Source: Phoronis australis
Taxonomy: Eukaryota > Animalia > Phoronida
Length of the DNA: 64,000 bases
Direction: 5' to 3'
NCBI GenBank assembly: GCA_002633005.1
Contig: NMRA01000923.1
Span: forward strand, 34,805-98,804
In this document: in pieces, positions 27,601 to 42,600 of the stretch
Layout of the letters: each line of letters begins with the position of its first letter
Numbering within the stretch: position 1 is the first letter of the stretch
Made by a program: the position numbers and the translations under genes
Notes under the pieces: model-generated
The model's input: the letters and a program-made list of their open reading frames with translations, nothing else
Told to the model about the DNA's origin: nothing
The model's database searches: none

Positions 27601-30600
27601 GATAGTTCAGACTTCTGCGCTTATTACTGACTGCTATGCTTCAATAGTTCAGACTTCTGCGCTTATTACTGACTGCTATGCTTGTTAACCAACCACATTA
27701 GCTGCTCACATCACCATAGTTCATATTGTAGTGTGACCCCATCACTAGCACCAATTTTTACCTTCTGTGGTGGTAAGCAATAAGGTCAATACTATTCCCT
27801 CACCGATAATATGCTCACTTGGCAATTACAGGCTAATAACAGGAGTAGGATAAAATAGTGAAAACCACCAAGTCAAATTTGACCTCTTCCCTTACAAATG
27901 ATCACATCATTGTCTTCAGTGACAAGGTGGAACTTGTTGGACATTGGATGAGACCTTACTACTAAAACCAATGTCAGTCACCAAGATGACATGGTCAAAG
28001 GCAACATAGACTTTATTACAATGCCAATGTGGTGGGGAACCTGAAAGTCAGCAAGTGGTCAACGAAGTGGACATGGTGGACCACCACATCCTGCTGTGAA
28101 TTCTGTAACTAAATCTGCCAGAAATTGCATGCTTTATCCTGCTTTTGTAGGCACTACATTTTCAACAGAAGTGCAATGATTTTATAACTACATGTCTTTT
28201 ACCTTATTACCCATCAACCCGGATATGTTAAGTTCAACAGCCTATTTTCAATTAAGAACTGTGAGCACCCAAATACCAAGCACATTTTGAGAGTAGGAGG
28301 AACAGTCAAACCACATCTGAAGTTGAGAGCATGTTCTCAAAATTTAATGAAATTCACACCAGCACCTGAGTAAAACCACAACATTATCCATTACTTGTTG
28401 GGCCTAGCAAGGTGGCCACTGGTTTTGCTTCTGAGGACAGTGTTTTAATAAACGCCGAAACAACTGTCAAGCTGATTTAAATTCATCCTTGTTTTTATCA
28501 ACATTATTCTTAAATAACTTGAGACTTTTCCAACCAGGTATCAAATAGCCAGGTTAAAGATTGGATTTTTTAACTTCAGCTTGACAAATAAAGAAACCGT
28601 TTCCCATAGTTCTAGTTCTCAGTGAGTAGTGTTTCATGTTACTTAGAGAGGGCATCTAAGTTTGACAGCAGGAAACAGAATTCTAAACAGCCTGCAAATC
28701 AGTCTTGATGATTTGGTAGCTTGGTTCTAATATTCTCAGACTTCAACCGATTACATTCCAAGCCCTTTGTCCTGCTATCAAAGGACAGATCACATAGGTT
28801 ATCATAGACAAACACATTATGATAAATACTACTCTGGTGACTGGTGAGGACAGATAAGTTGACCACCTGTAAGCCCTTCAGTAAAATTTATGATGATGGA
28901 CTCATCCAGGAGTCCTGAGACAAATGACCAAAATTTAAAGATACTACCTCCACTACATTTTAGTTACATTCTTCATGGAATAGACATCAACATAAATCAA
29001 CTTTTAATGAAAACCTCATTCACAAATGATGTTCTTCCCACACAAAAAATTGAAAAAAGAACAGAATTTAATACTTAGTGACTTACAAAGATAACAGGCT
29101 GTCATCCAAAGCTCTCACGATTAATTCGCTTACAAGGAAAACATGCATTTCTAAAGATATCCGGAAATTTTCAAAGCTGTTTGTTCAACCTTCTTCTGAG
29201 CGGCTTTCACCTGGATCAAAGAGAGCCATGCGCCAGAGTCAGACGCAGTGGTGATGACCGCATTGGCCAGTACGTGCAATGAAGTGTAATTACCCAACCA
29301 AAAAATGTAGTAAACATCTTTGCCTGTAAACACTGACGAATTTTCAAAATGCTTACACCAATAATTTTCGGTAAAAATAAACATTACGGCAGGTTTCAGC
29401 TGAAAAAAAAAACAACTTAGTTTGGTTTTCGATTTTTAGCTATTGATGAACTAATAAGCTAAACACTACAAACATCGGATATGAATTGAAGATAAAAACC
29501 TTGTGTATTGATATACTCGGAAGATTTACAAACACTGATCATAGTTAACATCATACCACATGGTTTATTCTTTTAGTATACAACTAAACTGTATTACACA
29601 AAATAGAAACAACACACAGTGACTAAATTAGATGTCAACAGGTTTTATGACAGGGCTTATCACCCAATCGTGTTGAACAACTTTACATAAGGAGTAGCAT
29701 GCTAACAAGAAAACCGTGATATTCAGCTGGCAATGAAACGCAGGTCATGTACACCAACTATGGCTAGCTTCAAAGTTAATGAGAAAATGTTAGATGAGGT
29801 GGGTCAGTGGGTGAGACCTGACTTCTAAGTTTTACTGAGGATTAAAATCTGACTCTGTTTTGGCACATAAAGTTTAAACATAAAATCAAAAGACAGCAAC
29901 CCAGCAGGAAACACAAAAACAATTACCTTTCCGCTTCATTAACATGAATACAAAGAGCGAGATAAACGGCAAACATAATAAAAGTAGTCTGAGGGCAAAG
30001 GGAATCTCAGTGGAGACCAGTGTAAGATAGAAATTCTCTACACGTTTCTTTTCAACTGCGCATGGTAAAATCTTATTAATTTAAGAGACATTATGGCAGA
30101 CAAACGCAATTCCATTTTTCAATTTTTCCCATGAAAAATTTGTAGCAGTAATGCAATGCTTTTAGATGTTCATGGTTTGTACTGTAGCTACCACCAAACA
30201 ATATTTGTAAAACTTGTGGACAAACACAACATGGTTAAAACCCTTTGAAAAAAGAAAAAGAAACACTCTTGAAAATTATTTAGTCCAAAATTGATGAGAT
30301 TTTACCGTAAAGTTTAATCACTGTAAGGTTTTACAATTTGACAAGTTTAGTTAAGGAATTTTAACTGGGGTAGCAGGAAAACGAGTGGCCCAGTTAAATG
30401 ACAGCCATCTTTACTTTTTATGAGCTTGAGAGCAAAAATCAAAAATAATTATAGAGCAGTAATTTACTAAATGCTTATACAGTATGCGACTGATTCCATG
30501 TTTTAGACTCATGAACATTAAGGAAATTGTGTCAGAGTTGACATCACATCAAAAGAGACATGCTATCATTAGCTTCAAGAGGGAAACTGGGGAACTTTAT

Positions 30601-33600
30601 TCAGGGTGGGGACATCCGCTAATGCAACCTCTTGTGGTCAAGATTAATGGAAGCAACAAATATATTCCTCTCACAGCCTATTTTGTCTGTGCATGCGCTG
30701 TCAGTTTATTTCTTGATTTAATAAAATCAAAGTACTTGTAGCATTATTTCTGTAAACCATTGTAAAACAAGTGCTCAATGAAATTAAATGCCTGCTTCCG
30801 TAAAATGTTGAGAACAGACCACCCATCAGTGTGTGCATCCACTTTCTAGTTTTTGCTCTTTTCAGTTACATTTTACCCAAGGCTGTAGTTTTAATCAAAA
30901 AAGTTGGCTTCCATTACAAAACAGCTTCTTTCCATTGACTCATCTCACGAACCCAAGAAAAAATGGTCAGTCAACTAAGACATTATGCAGTGTCCTACTG
31001 CTTTAAAGGCCATCCAAATACCAGTATGGAAGCCAGAAGGAAAATCATTTATGGCAATCTGTTGTTCTCATCATTTGACTGTGCAGAAACAAGTCACCAT
31101 AAACAATAACCATAGCACAGCAAGACATTGCACACAGAAACTCATTCATGGTTTCTTTTAAACACTCTAACCACAGTTTGAGTCATCAGAGCCCCTTTAA
31201 AATGTTTACAATCTCCATCAAACTTTCCAACAGTACTGTAAACAGATGATGTATTCAACTTAATGTATTTCTGCAGCCAGGATACATCTGTCAGCACATT
31301 CAACAGTAAAAAACACACCACCAACGCAATGAGGGTGGTAATAAAAATTAGGCACTAGTCACTTACAAGGGTCCCAATTTTGATGGCCATTTCGATACTC
31401 GATGGCAGAGGAGTAAGCTGGTTTTTGAAATGCAGGACATCTCTAAGTGAAAATTAACTGAAAGTTCAGATTTTCAATGTTTTGTAAAATGTGTTTCAAG
31501 ACTAATTTATGTACTTAGTGATGATTGTGCTTATAAAATGTGAAAAATAAGCGCTGGACTCAAATTACACATCCTACAAAAAGATTTAAAGTTCGTGCCA
31601 AGTCAAAAAGTATCAGATGCCAAATTTCACCGGTAATTGCAAGACCATCAACCACTTCCTTTGTTGGGAGTACTACCATACACTTTGGAGCAAGAATAAT
31701 TTTCCAGCACATTTACCATTCACATAAACAAGTGACTTTAAACATGATGATCAGATGAAAAATGGACATTCTCTACCTGAACAAAGGGTAAATATACAGG
31801 GGTGAATGACTCTGCAGATATCCGGACACTCGTTCAAAGCTTCAAATGTAAGCAGCTTAACCACAAACCACAATCAAAATAAATAAAAGTAACTGTGTGT
31901 AACTTTTATAGACTTGGCATTCATTGTAAGACATCTAGTGAAAAAAGAAACCATAGCCTGGGTATTGTCTGGGGAAGGCCAACAAAATATCACTTAGGCA
32001 AACACCAACAATGTTGATTTTCCATGTAAGCTGATCTGTGAGTTCAACTGTCTTAACAGCAGATGGATCTAAAAAGCTTTTTACTGTTGAACAATACCTG
32101 ACAAACAAATTCATTTCAAGACCATCACTGCAGACTATTAGATAAATTGTATTATGTAACAGGTCATTTACGGAAAGGTTCCCATCAAACTTGATACTCA
32201 ACCTGAAAAGAGGAGTTTTAATGAACTGTGCTAAGTGAAATAAAATCCTGGCTTAATGAATAATTGCAAACGTTGCCATTTTCCATTTTTCAACAGTTAA
32301 CTCCCTGCTACAGCAGCAGCAAGGAATATGTTCTCTCCATGTGCACTGCAAACAGCAGGTTAATGGGAAGCCCATAACTTCAGGTTCTATTACTACAAAA
32401 TTATAGTTTAATTTTCTCTAAGACTTAAACTTAACACAGCCAAGAACAAAATTAATTAAGATTGCATCAGAAGTTGTGTCAATTCGAACAAGACACAGAA
32501 ACTTTGAGAACAACAAGACATGAAAAAGTGTTCCACCTCGTGAAACAACAGTGAGTGTTCTGAAACCAAAATGGCCCATCTGGTGTCAACACTGATAATT
32601 GACTTACCTCAGTAGGAACACACTTAAACTCATGGCTGCACTTTGGGAGCAAGTTTTCGGTTACGCAGAATTTGTTAAACGCAAGACACTTTTCATTGTT
32701 CACAGTCCTTATTCCGTTACGTTCATACTTTTGGAACAAAACTCTACTCTCAACTGAACATAGATACAGTAACTGACCTAGCGACATAATTAAAAGACAC
32801 ACAATATTTAAAAACCCGAAACAACAGGCCAATTAGACATTCTCATTCGCCAGATCTCGTGCAAAATTTATTGTTACATTTGAAAACTAGACTCCTATAC
32901 TCAAGATTCATTTGAAAAAAACAATCATGGCAATTCACTGTTTACATTTTCACATTCCTGGAACCATCAACCCTCTTCACTTCTAGATAAGATAAACACC
33001 CACACCACAAACCTGTAGTCAAGATCATCTGAAACAGTCAGGTTAATGCCCTGGGCATTGAAGTTGGGCGGTTCTGGAAATTGGAAGATGGGCGCTTAAT
33101 TAACCCAGAAATGGGTGCTTAAATCGGAAATTTTAAAAGAAATTAGGGATGGGTATTTTCCCAAACTTGGGCGCTAACATTAACCCGCACCAGACAGGTG
33201 TATTCGCCACATGGGACATCATTTAACTTGGTACATATGTTTTATGGAAAAACAGTAAAATAAAATTTCACTTCTCGGCCATATCATGTCCTGAACTGGT
33301 GAGATCTAACCATTAATGCACATGCAGACACAGGCATATGCACCCATGTACAGGAGCACGTGAACACACAAACACGTAAGTCCCGTCCACACAGCGCCTA
33401 CCCTAGAACAACTTGCACTAGTGCAAGTTATCACAGTTTTAGTGAAGCATCCACGCATACACATATCCGATAACTATGGTAAGACGTAAGTTGTCGCTCT
33501 GAGCATGGCAATGAACGGCTAAAGCGAATACAGGGCGCAAATAAGACCACTCTGTATGTAACCGCAGCTAATTACTTCCGCCATGCCCCAGGTTTGCAAC

Positions 33601-36600
33601 CACAAAGGAATTAGAAGTGGCACAATTTACCCTAGAAAAAGTTACCTCAATAAGGTGGAGTAAAATGTCAGAAGTGGGGTAAGTTGCACTAGACTAGCGT
33701 CCAGACAGCACGCAAACCTAGCGACAGACAACTCGCTCCAGGAGCAACCTGTTCTTGGGTATAGTCTGTGTGTGGAGGGCACTATAGATTCGTTCATGTT
33801 GTATACTGTGCAGTGTTGATATGTAGCACCTATCCATATTTACTATCAGGGTGTCAGGTTTATTTATTTACTTAAGTAGTTGATATCATACATCAGTCTT
33901 TCAAAGTAAGTCCAGTGTATGCATAGTGCATAATAATTACCTACTTATATCTTCTATTGCTTAGTTGTATTGTACTATATTGTATTGTATCCTATTGTAT
34001 TGCACATTAGGGTGGTCCTCAGTGAAGTGGCTTTTGCTTTTAGGTCCTTTTCCCTTCAGTTAACTTTGGCTACTACTGAAACTTCAATGTTAACTAATTC
34101 GGAGTTAAAGTTCAGCAAAACTATCACAAGGCAGCACTAACATGACCTTTGCTGTTTTTGACAGTGCTTGCCATCAAAAATAGCAAAGACCTCTCCCTTT
34201 CTCCAGATGGAAACTAGAACATCACCTCCAAAAGGCAGCCAATGGTTGCCACATTGGGATGATGACGATACACAAGAAAATAACATATTGAAGAATTTGA
34301 CTCTTGAGCAGGCTTAAGTGCATGGAATGGTGGGAACGCGTTTTGCGTAAATTACATGTTCAGTGATTTTTTTAAAGTAGAGAATCCAGCGAATACCTGG
34401 ATAAATTGAAACAGAATGCTTAAACCGGCAAAATAATAATTATTAGCACAAACTATTACCAAATACTAACCAGTCACTGCCTACCGTTCGCAAACGTAGG
34501 CAGTGACCCCTGGTGATAACTCCGATGGCATCGAAGTTAAGTGTTTCCAATATAGCAAAGCCTCCACTTTGCTGTTAAATTCATCTCTTTACTTGTACAA
34601 GTAATTTTCATTCAAGACCGAAGCTAAGTGTTAAGTGACATTTGAATTGGAGGTACGTGTGACCTTAACAGCACTTGCAAGCATGATTTGACAACTTTCA
34701 AGATTATTTCAAACAACACTGAATTGTTTTGAGAAGTCACACATGTCTGAAGAAGAAAACATCCAAGTGAAGTTTCTGGCTCACACCCAGCAGACGACAC
34801 CAGGCGTACCTTCAGTAACGCTAGGATCTACGTTAGGACCTAGCTAAAATCTAGCCTACGTCACGTGTTCTCAGTTAAAATATACCGCAAAATTGCACGT
34901 GATCTCGCGAAGTCTTGCTTTTTAGCGAGGTCCTAGCATTACTGAACGGGAGGCAGGTTTAAAGTATCATTTCACATTACAATGGGAATTTATAAAGCAA
35001 CTGACTTCACAATAAGGGAGAAAATGAAGAGAACGTGTCACACTACAGATAACAGAGTTTTATTTCAATATTCAGGATTTTGACTCCACTATCAAGCAAA
35101 CAAAATTCCAGAATGCAAACACACCAGCCGTGTACTCAGGGTAAATAAATCTATTAGAAAGGTATACCTAGAGGTCATAAGCTGAATGAAATGATAATGA
35201 ACAAGTGAAGTCAGGTGTACAAGGATTACTGTTAAAAAGGTGGAAACCACTGCAGACGAGAGTACCTTTGGTACACCTCATTTCATGATCAAAGCATTCC
35301 ATCTTACAATGGAAACATATGACAAAATACCAAAGCAGTATCAATCAACCAATAGTTCATGGACTACACCCTCAAGTGAGAGTAGTCTCAATCACCCAAT
35401 AGTTCATGGACTACACCCTCAAGTGAGAGTAGTCTCAATCAACCAATATTTCATGGACTACATCCTCAAGTGAGAGTAGTCTCAATCAACCAATAGTTCA
35501 TGGACTACATCCTCAAGTGAGAGTAGTCTCAATCAACCAATAGTTCATGGACTACATCCTCAAGTGAGAGTAGTCTCAATCAACCAATAGTTCATGGAGA
35601 GTAGAAACTTTGACTCAGGTACTATTGACTATGTTTATTCTTACCATTAGTACCACCAGAAATACCTTCCCTTCAGCATCATCAAAAAGCAATGCAAAAT
35701 TGCTCCAATCGTAACTAATATTTCTCAAGTTTATTATTACATCAATTGGGGCATCTTACCACGTGTCAAAGAAATTACCAACATATTCTTGTAAAACATC
35801 CACTGGGTGTGCAAGATACTGCTTCATTTTTACTCAATAAATATGTACTCACTGGTTGCCGTACTTGCGCAGTTGAGCTCATCCGAACCATCGGTGCAAT
35901 CTTTATTTCCATCACACATCCACGAACCAACAATACACTGACCACTGGCACACTCAAACTGATTCGCAGCACACGGCCTGGCTGTTACCTTAGGTGGCTC
36001 TGTGGTGACAAGCAACAATACAGGAATGTAGAGTAACCGTAGCAACTCCATGGCAACCAAAGAAGGAATAAAACTCAAGAAGGCAATTTCATTGAAACTA
36101 CAGTGAGATCTTCCTAGCCTCTCCCAGTGAAGTTGAGCGGCTGTCTTAACACCACTCAGACAACTGGACAGATTTTTGCCAGCCCAGCTCCGTTTTTTTA
36201 TGCAAGGAAAACAGTCAGTGATAATCACTTCCAGTTGCAGGACATTAGAAATTCCAAATGCTAAGAAGCTTATTAGTTTCCAATCCTATGAGTATCACTG
36301 ATGAACTCAAGGCCAGATTGTTGCGTGACCTCACTGATATTTTGCTAGCGTTCCAGCAAAAATATCCAGGTGAACACTGCTGTAGATTATCAATGGACAA
36401 CCAGCTTAGAACCTAGGCTTTTTAGTGAGGCATCACTTGACACAGGGTCATGGACTGGAGCTGGTGATAGGTGGCGACTTCACTCATCAGACCTGTCACA
36501 GCCACTTGAGACTGACCAATGAAAACAAACACATTGTTTTGGGGCAGCCCTATTGGACCAAAAAGGGTTAAGGATCCCAGCAAAAACTAGATACCAGCAG

Positions 36601-39600
36601 TATAAAGAGTTATTTGCATTTAAATACAACCAAAACAAATATACAATGAGAGAATAGCATTACCAGACATGCCTGTTGAACAATATAAGAAACACTATCA
36701 TCACCCCAAATCCCGTGTCAGTGACAAAAACAATTTTGTTATTGGTGAATTGAATCAATTATTACTAATTTATTCATTATTACTAATTTCTTTACCAGAA
36801 AGAGTTTGACTGAAAAAAAACAAAATCACGTGAAATCCTTCGCTTATTTCAAAACAAAATAATCGTCATTTCCAAAGGCAGATTGCCTAGCTACAAACGC
36901 TGGAGACTTACCCTAGTTTTGTGACATCTACACTGCACAAAACACGCTAATTTTCAGACTTATACTCATTAGGTCACGTGGTGTGGCCAACAGATGGCGT
37001 GCTGGCAAGACTTAAATGTTTGCAAGCTAATTAGAAGTTAAAAGCTTTTTATTTGCCAAGAATTTTGACAAAATAAATGTTTTATCATCGCTCATATTGA
37101 GTGCTAAATAGGACAAGAACTACGGTGGGGCAAATGGTTTTAAAAAACAACAACATGTACCTTAACTCTCTACAAAAATACATACAACAACCAGGTATTT
37201 TCATAGTCTAAAAACAAACACCGATCAACTGCTGTTTTTTCGTTGCTGACACACAAAAACGACAGAAGTCAAACAATATTTTAACTATCTCAGCATGTAT
37301 TATTCATTTTTACAAAACGGACAACAAGAAGCACCATCATGCAAGACAATTTCAAACATTTGTCCTTTTAAGAAAAAAGCTTTTAAAACATAGCGCAACT
37401 TTTTTGAACACTGCTCAAAGGCTTTTTAAACACAGATTAGTTCCAAGCTTAAATACAAGTGGAGCCCCCTCCTACCACTCCAATCTACACATTTTAATTT
37501 ATCGTATACGATGCGGATTGTTGTGCACAACTTTGTATGTGACTTAGGTAACAGTCATGTCAAATCACATAATTACGGTAAAAAGTCTCCAGTTTCGGAA
37601 ATCTCTAAAATTTGAAACATGAAAATTCAAGCAAACATAAATTTTCTAGATTCTGAGGTTTGGCACATATTTCATTTTGGTATACCTCAAATTTCTCAAT
37701 TTTCGGACACTGCATTTTTGTATCTTGGCAGTTCACAAAGTTGTCACTAATAGCTGCCAATGCAACCCTTTATGCACATTAACAGTTACTAACATCAAGT
37801 TCAATGATTGTTTGTTAATGATCATAACTCTTGGATTTGGGATGACAAATATTGCCTATTTCTAAAACATGCTACAAGTTCTAACCTCGAGCAAATTACT
37901 CTTTTAACTGTCCCAAACCGGAGAATTTTTAACCGCACTGAAGAAAGTCTTGAACAAAATTAAAAATTACACAAAAAATCATAGAGTGTAAAAGTAGCTT
38001 AAGAACACTCAAGGGGTCTACACAGAGCACCACAGATCAATTTATAACTTGGCTACTCACCTGTTGACGTAGCACAGTTCTCTTCATCTGACCTGTCTCT
38101 GCAGTCCACAGCTCCATCGCACTTCCACTCGCCGACAATACATTGACCATTATTACACCGGAACTCATCACTAGCACAGACACTGGGTATTACAACAGGA
38201 GGCTCTGGAACGTACAACAAAACATAGATGGCGCTGAACAAATGCAACAAACGAAATCATAAGCACAACAGAACATTAAAATATCTCCAATATAAGAAAT
38301 AACATGGTAGACAATATTTCACATTCCTTTTTGATGAAAACGTAGCGTTAAATATAAATTATTTATGGTCTTTCAGTTCAAAGTTCATGCAATTTTGTTT
38401 AGAAATTGTGGACAATCTCAACAATTGTAAGCCGACTTTGAAAACAAGAAAAAAAGAAGTTTTGGTAAGTACTTTTGTTCGAATATGAGAATTCATCTTC
38501 TGTTCACTTGCAGACAAATGATTGCTATTTGAAAAACACTGGTCATGTTGATTAGAAAAAAGTTCGTTTACCTTCAATATTAAACCAGTGATGGTCAACT
38601 TTTTTCTTAACTAGGTGAGAAAGTTCTAAGCTTTTCAATAGCATCAGTTTTCACTAAAAGGTTGATGAAGCTTGAGAATTTGCCAGACATAATCTTAACA
38701 GAAACAAACAAGTAATTAAATTCTAAAAATTTAGAAACTAAAGAAAAGGGATTACTAAATAGTCTACAGTGGAAACTAGTTGTCAATTGAAGCTTGGCTG
38801 TAAGTTTGTGTTAAACCTAAAATACTTGCAGCTAAACCAAAACCATGACTTTTCTCCAAGATTTTATGAATGGTATGAATAACCCCAGGAACTAGACACA
38901 GACAGTGTTACCACTACATCGGCTGATCGGAGCACTTCTTCATTCAAACCAAAATATCTCTTACAGATAATTTAAGACATTGACATCCGAGGTATCGTTT
39001 TCTTGAAACTACCACAGCCAGTACAACCTATCATTAGGACATACCAGTGTAACAGGCCTGTCACCCTGACATGGATGAAAACTGACCTACAGTAATACAT
39101 TTGAGGAATGTTGAAGGAGATTGTTCCAGTTCAATAGCCAAACCTACTATTTTAAGCTTACATCAACTACTTAAAAATACCAACGCATTTCTACAGATAT
39201 AAACATGTTCTCTTAAAATCTATTTAACAGACTAAGCTTAAAATGTCTTCTGAAGCACAGAACAAAGTCTTTAGAAATTACAAATGATAATCTATAAGTT
39301 AATGTTTAAGAAAACATTCACATTATCACTTAACTCAAATGCCTATAACACTTACGTAGGTTACAAAATTGAACATTTTTACAGGTAAATAATTGACAAA
39401 TATGTTAATATTCACCTGGTTAACAATAAAAATACAAACTATATAAAACTGGCAGTTACAAGTAGCGAATGGTCCATTTACTTATAAATCCGTTTCTACC
39501 TTAAATAATATTAAAATACAGTTATCTAATCACAATTCATCGACTGAATTAGCGCTGTTGAATTAACACAACATGGACTTCCTTGTCAGATAAAATAAAC

Positions 39601-42600
39601 AGATTACATCTGAATACTATTTTTGTAATGTGCATTCTAATTGACTAATTTTTGCAATGAATTACACTTTCAATGTCTGGAAGAAAATTTGGCACTCTTC
39701 AATATATAAAAGCCCCTGGCTGCAAAACCGAAACATTTTCCGTTTCCTTTTATAATCTACCACTAGATGGCGCAGCAATGAAATAAGAAATTACAATGTC
39801 TATTCTTTAAACACATCAATTTCAAACACACCTCAGATCTTATTTGCATTTTGGACAAAGGAAGAAGCAAATTACAATTGAAATAATAATGTGATCTTAT
39901 AACCAGTTTAAGACTCCAGTCACTTTTACCTGTTGTCATTTCATAGTCTAGTATAGCTTGTAAATCATATGTCCGCATGTCAAAATTTCCACCACTGTAT
40001 TTAAAATTGTACACTTTACTGGCAACCAAGTCATCTTGGAAGTATTCAAGATTGAAGTTCTGAAAGAGTTGGTCATCCGGCACAGCCCCGTCACTCTTCT
40101 GCGTGTAGCTAAGCACACCCGAACTGATGCTTCTTGGGTAATGGACTCCCAGGAAATCTCCCTTCAGCACAGGCAACGCCTCTGACATGGTAACTGAGTG
40201 TATGCCGACGGGAGCTGGTGGAAACTCGATGAGACGCAGCAGCTGATATGTACGATCACCAATGGGCCGCCAAACACCCACGTAAGCACTGCCATCTGCT
40301 GAACCGCGACGATATATGAACCGGAGAATAGATGCATCGCATGGCAATGCGTTATTGATCATCAGGTTACTCCAGTTGTTGCCTAGGCGAGGCAGGTTAC
40401 CGGGGTAACGGCCGATCTCGCCAGGACACGCAGGACCACCTGCAAGACGTAGATAATGTGCTGAGTCAGCACGTTTGAAGCAGCAGCAGCAACACACTCG
40501 AGGCTGTATTAGCAGGTCTTCACTCACAAAGCAAGGCACAGAAAAGACGGCAGCAGTAATGTGGTTATAAGTCGATCGCAGAAAGCACAGACGCTAGAAC
40601 AGCCGGTCAGGTGATGTCCACAGGTTCAAATTTATCCGTGGCTTGCATGGTTAGGTGGAGGAATATCTCCAAACGAGATGGTGCACAAAGTTTACAATCT
40701 ACTTTTCGGGTTTACAGTTCTGCTACTTCACAAGTTGAAAAGAATCTACGTTTATGATGAACATCAGGTTATGCAGTGAAGTTAATACTACAAGCTCGTA
40801 CATATCTAATTTTCTTGAAACAACAGTGAAGTCAAAAAGTATCACTAAGCTAAGAAATGAGATATTACCTTGTTAAAGAGAAACATTGTTAAAGAGATAT
40901 GTTGCCTAGCTTGACAATACTAGTCACATCCAAAACAAAGGTTTTGATAACAGATTCAAGGTGAGTGTCTGTCTTGAAAAAGGTAAAAGAATACAGAATC
41001 ATCTCAAAGAAAGCTCTTCTAAGCGGTGACATGAGAAAATGAAGGCCACACACATAATAATGGTGCTGCTGTCAATGTCAGGTACATTTTCACTGGTCGC
41101 GTACCAACTGTTATTCAACTTTCTTGCATTGCTATTATGGCCCGTTTGTTGGTATTGAAATGATGAATTTCAATAAACTTAATGCAATGAAAACCGTGAC
41201 CTCTATAGGTCAAATTTGAAAAATACCAGACAGACGAGAAGCATCAAGGGTAAAACAGATTTTTATTTTCAAGAACTCAAAATGAAGCCTTACAAGAATA
41301 TGAACCTACCCGATATATCATATAACTTTTGCAGAACAATTTGTGCAAACAAAACAACAAGCTATAACTCTACATGTACTAAACTGCAATAAGGCCAGAA
41401 AAACAGTGCTAAGTCTCTTTCAAGGGTCCCGGATTTTGAGAACCAGTTTGACGCTCGTTATTCACTGGAGAAAACTGGTTCTCAAAACGAGGGGACCCCT
41501 ACAAGTGACTACTAGAAAACCAATACGACAGTAGTTAAAATCTCAACAGAGAAAATCACAATGTGCATTGGTGTCACAAATGAACCACAGAAGATCATGA
41601 ATAGTATGTCACTTACTTAAGTGGCCAACTTATGGACCTCTGTTATAGTTCACAAAAGAAGATCTAATACCCTGTTCACATCAAAGCAGTTACAACTGAT
41701 TTACAGTTTTAACTTTCTAGTCTGAACACTTCAAAACCGGTTGTAACTGTAGTGCGGTTATAACCTTCCGCGAGGGTGGTTTAGCGAGAGGTTATAACCA
41801 TTGTAATTGTTTGAACACAGCCGTTTCAAAAGTCACACTTCAGAAGGTGGCGCTGCTGTCGAATCTAACTGGAAACAACGGCACAACAAGCACTAACTGG
41901 GGTAAATCAGAAAGCAATAGCACTGACGACCAGCGACTAAAACCATGAACTAGAGTTACAACACTTTGAAATGTGAGTGTGTAGGGTATAATGAAATGTG
42001 AGTGTGTACGGTAATTATTACAATTATAGAAAGAGTTACAATATTTTTAGTTGGTCTGAACACAACTCAACTTTACTATTGACAAAGACCCTTGTTGCGG
42101 TATTATACTAATCCAATGGAATTGTTCAATTTTAAAAACAAATCCACAGTAATTGACCTTAGGCTTATCACCAGAAACACAAGGCTCACATTATAAAGTA
42201 CAGTAATTCTCCACTTGACTTTGCACAAAAACAATTGCCAAAATGTTTTTTTAATTTTTTAGCAGATGCTTACCTTTTTTTGCAAATAATGGGAAATTTA
42301 ACAAATGTTGTTTCATGACATCTAAATACTGCAAACCATGCTAACAATAAAATAAAATATTTGTATTCTTTATTTTTGAGAAGAAATTTGGCAAAATAGA
42401 ATTTCACAAGTCTGACCACATTGTGTGCTAAATAAGTGACGAATTACTGTTAACTATAAGATATTTTCCAAGAATTTATGGACCCAGACAGAAAGCAATA
42501 AAAGAGGGCCTAATGGACAACAGGTGTCATAGATGTCTATGTTCAAGAAAGGATGAACAGGAGTAACAAGATAGGAATTAGAAAGGATGTGAGCTCAGTG

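Noticed and set aside
27880-28100. Possible decayed LINE reverse-transcriptase fragment
   Set aside because: Only a vague resemblance; no open frame or catalytic motif.
31367-31417. 51-nt open phase-1 exon ([16 protein letters not shown])
   Set aside because: Donor is the terminus of a dispersed hairpin repeat and the acceptor lacks a pyrimidine tract.
3276-38250. LDL-receptor/LRP family gene
   Set aside because: No YWTD or EGF-precursor exons; SEA, WRLNWGH Ig and laminin-EGF identify perlecan.
39045-39065. 21-nt AG...GT segment
   Set aside because: In-frame TGA in phase 1.
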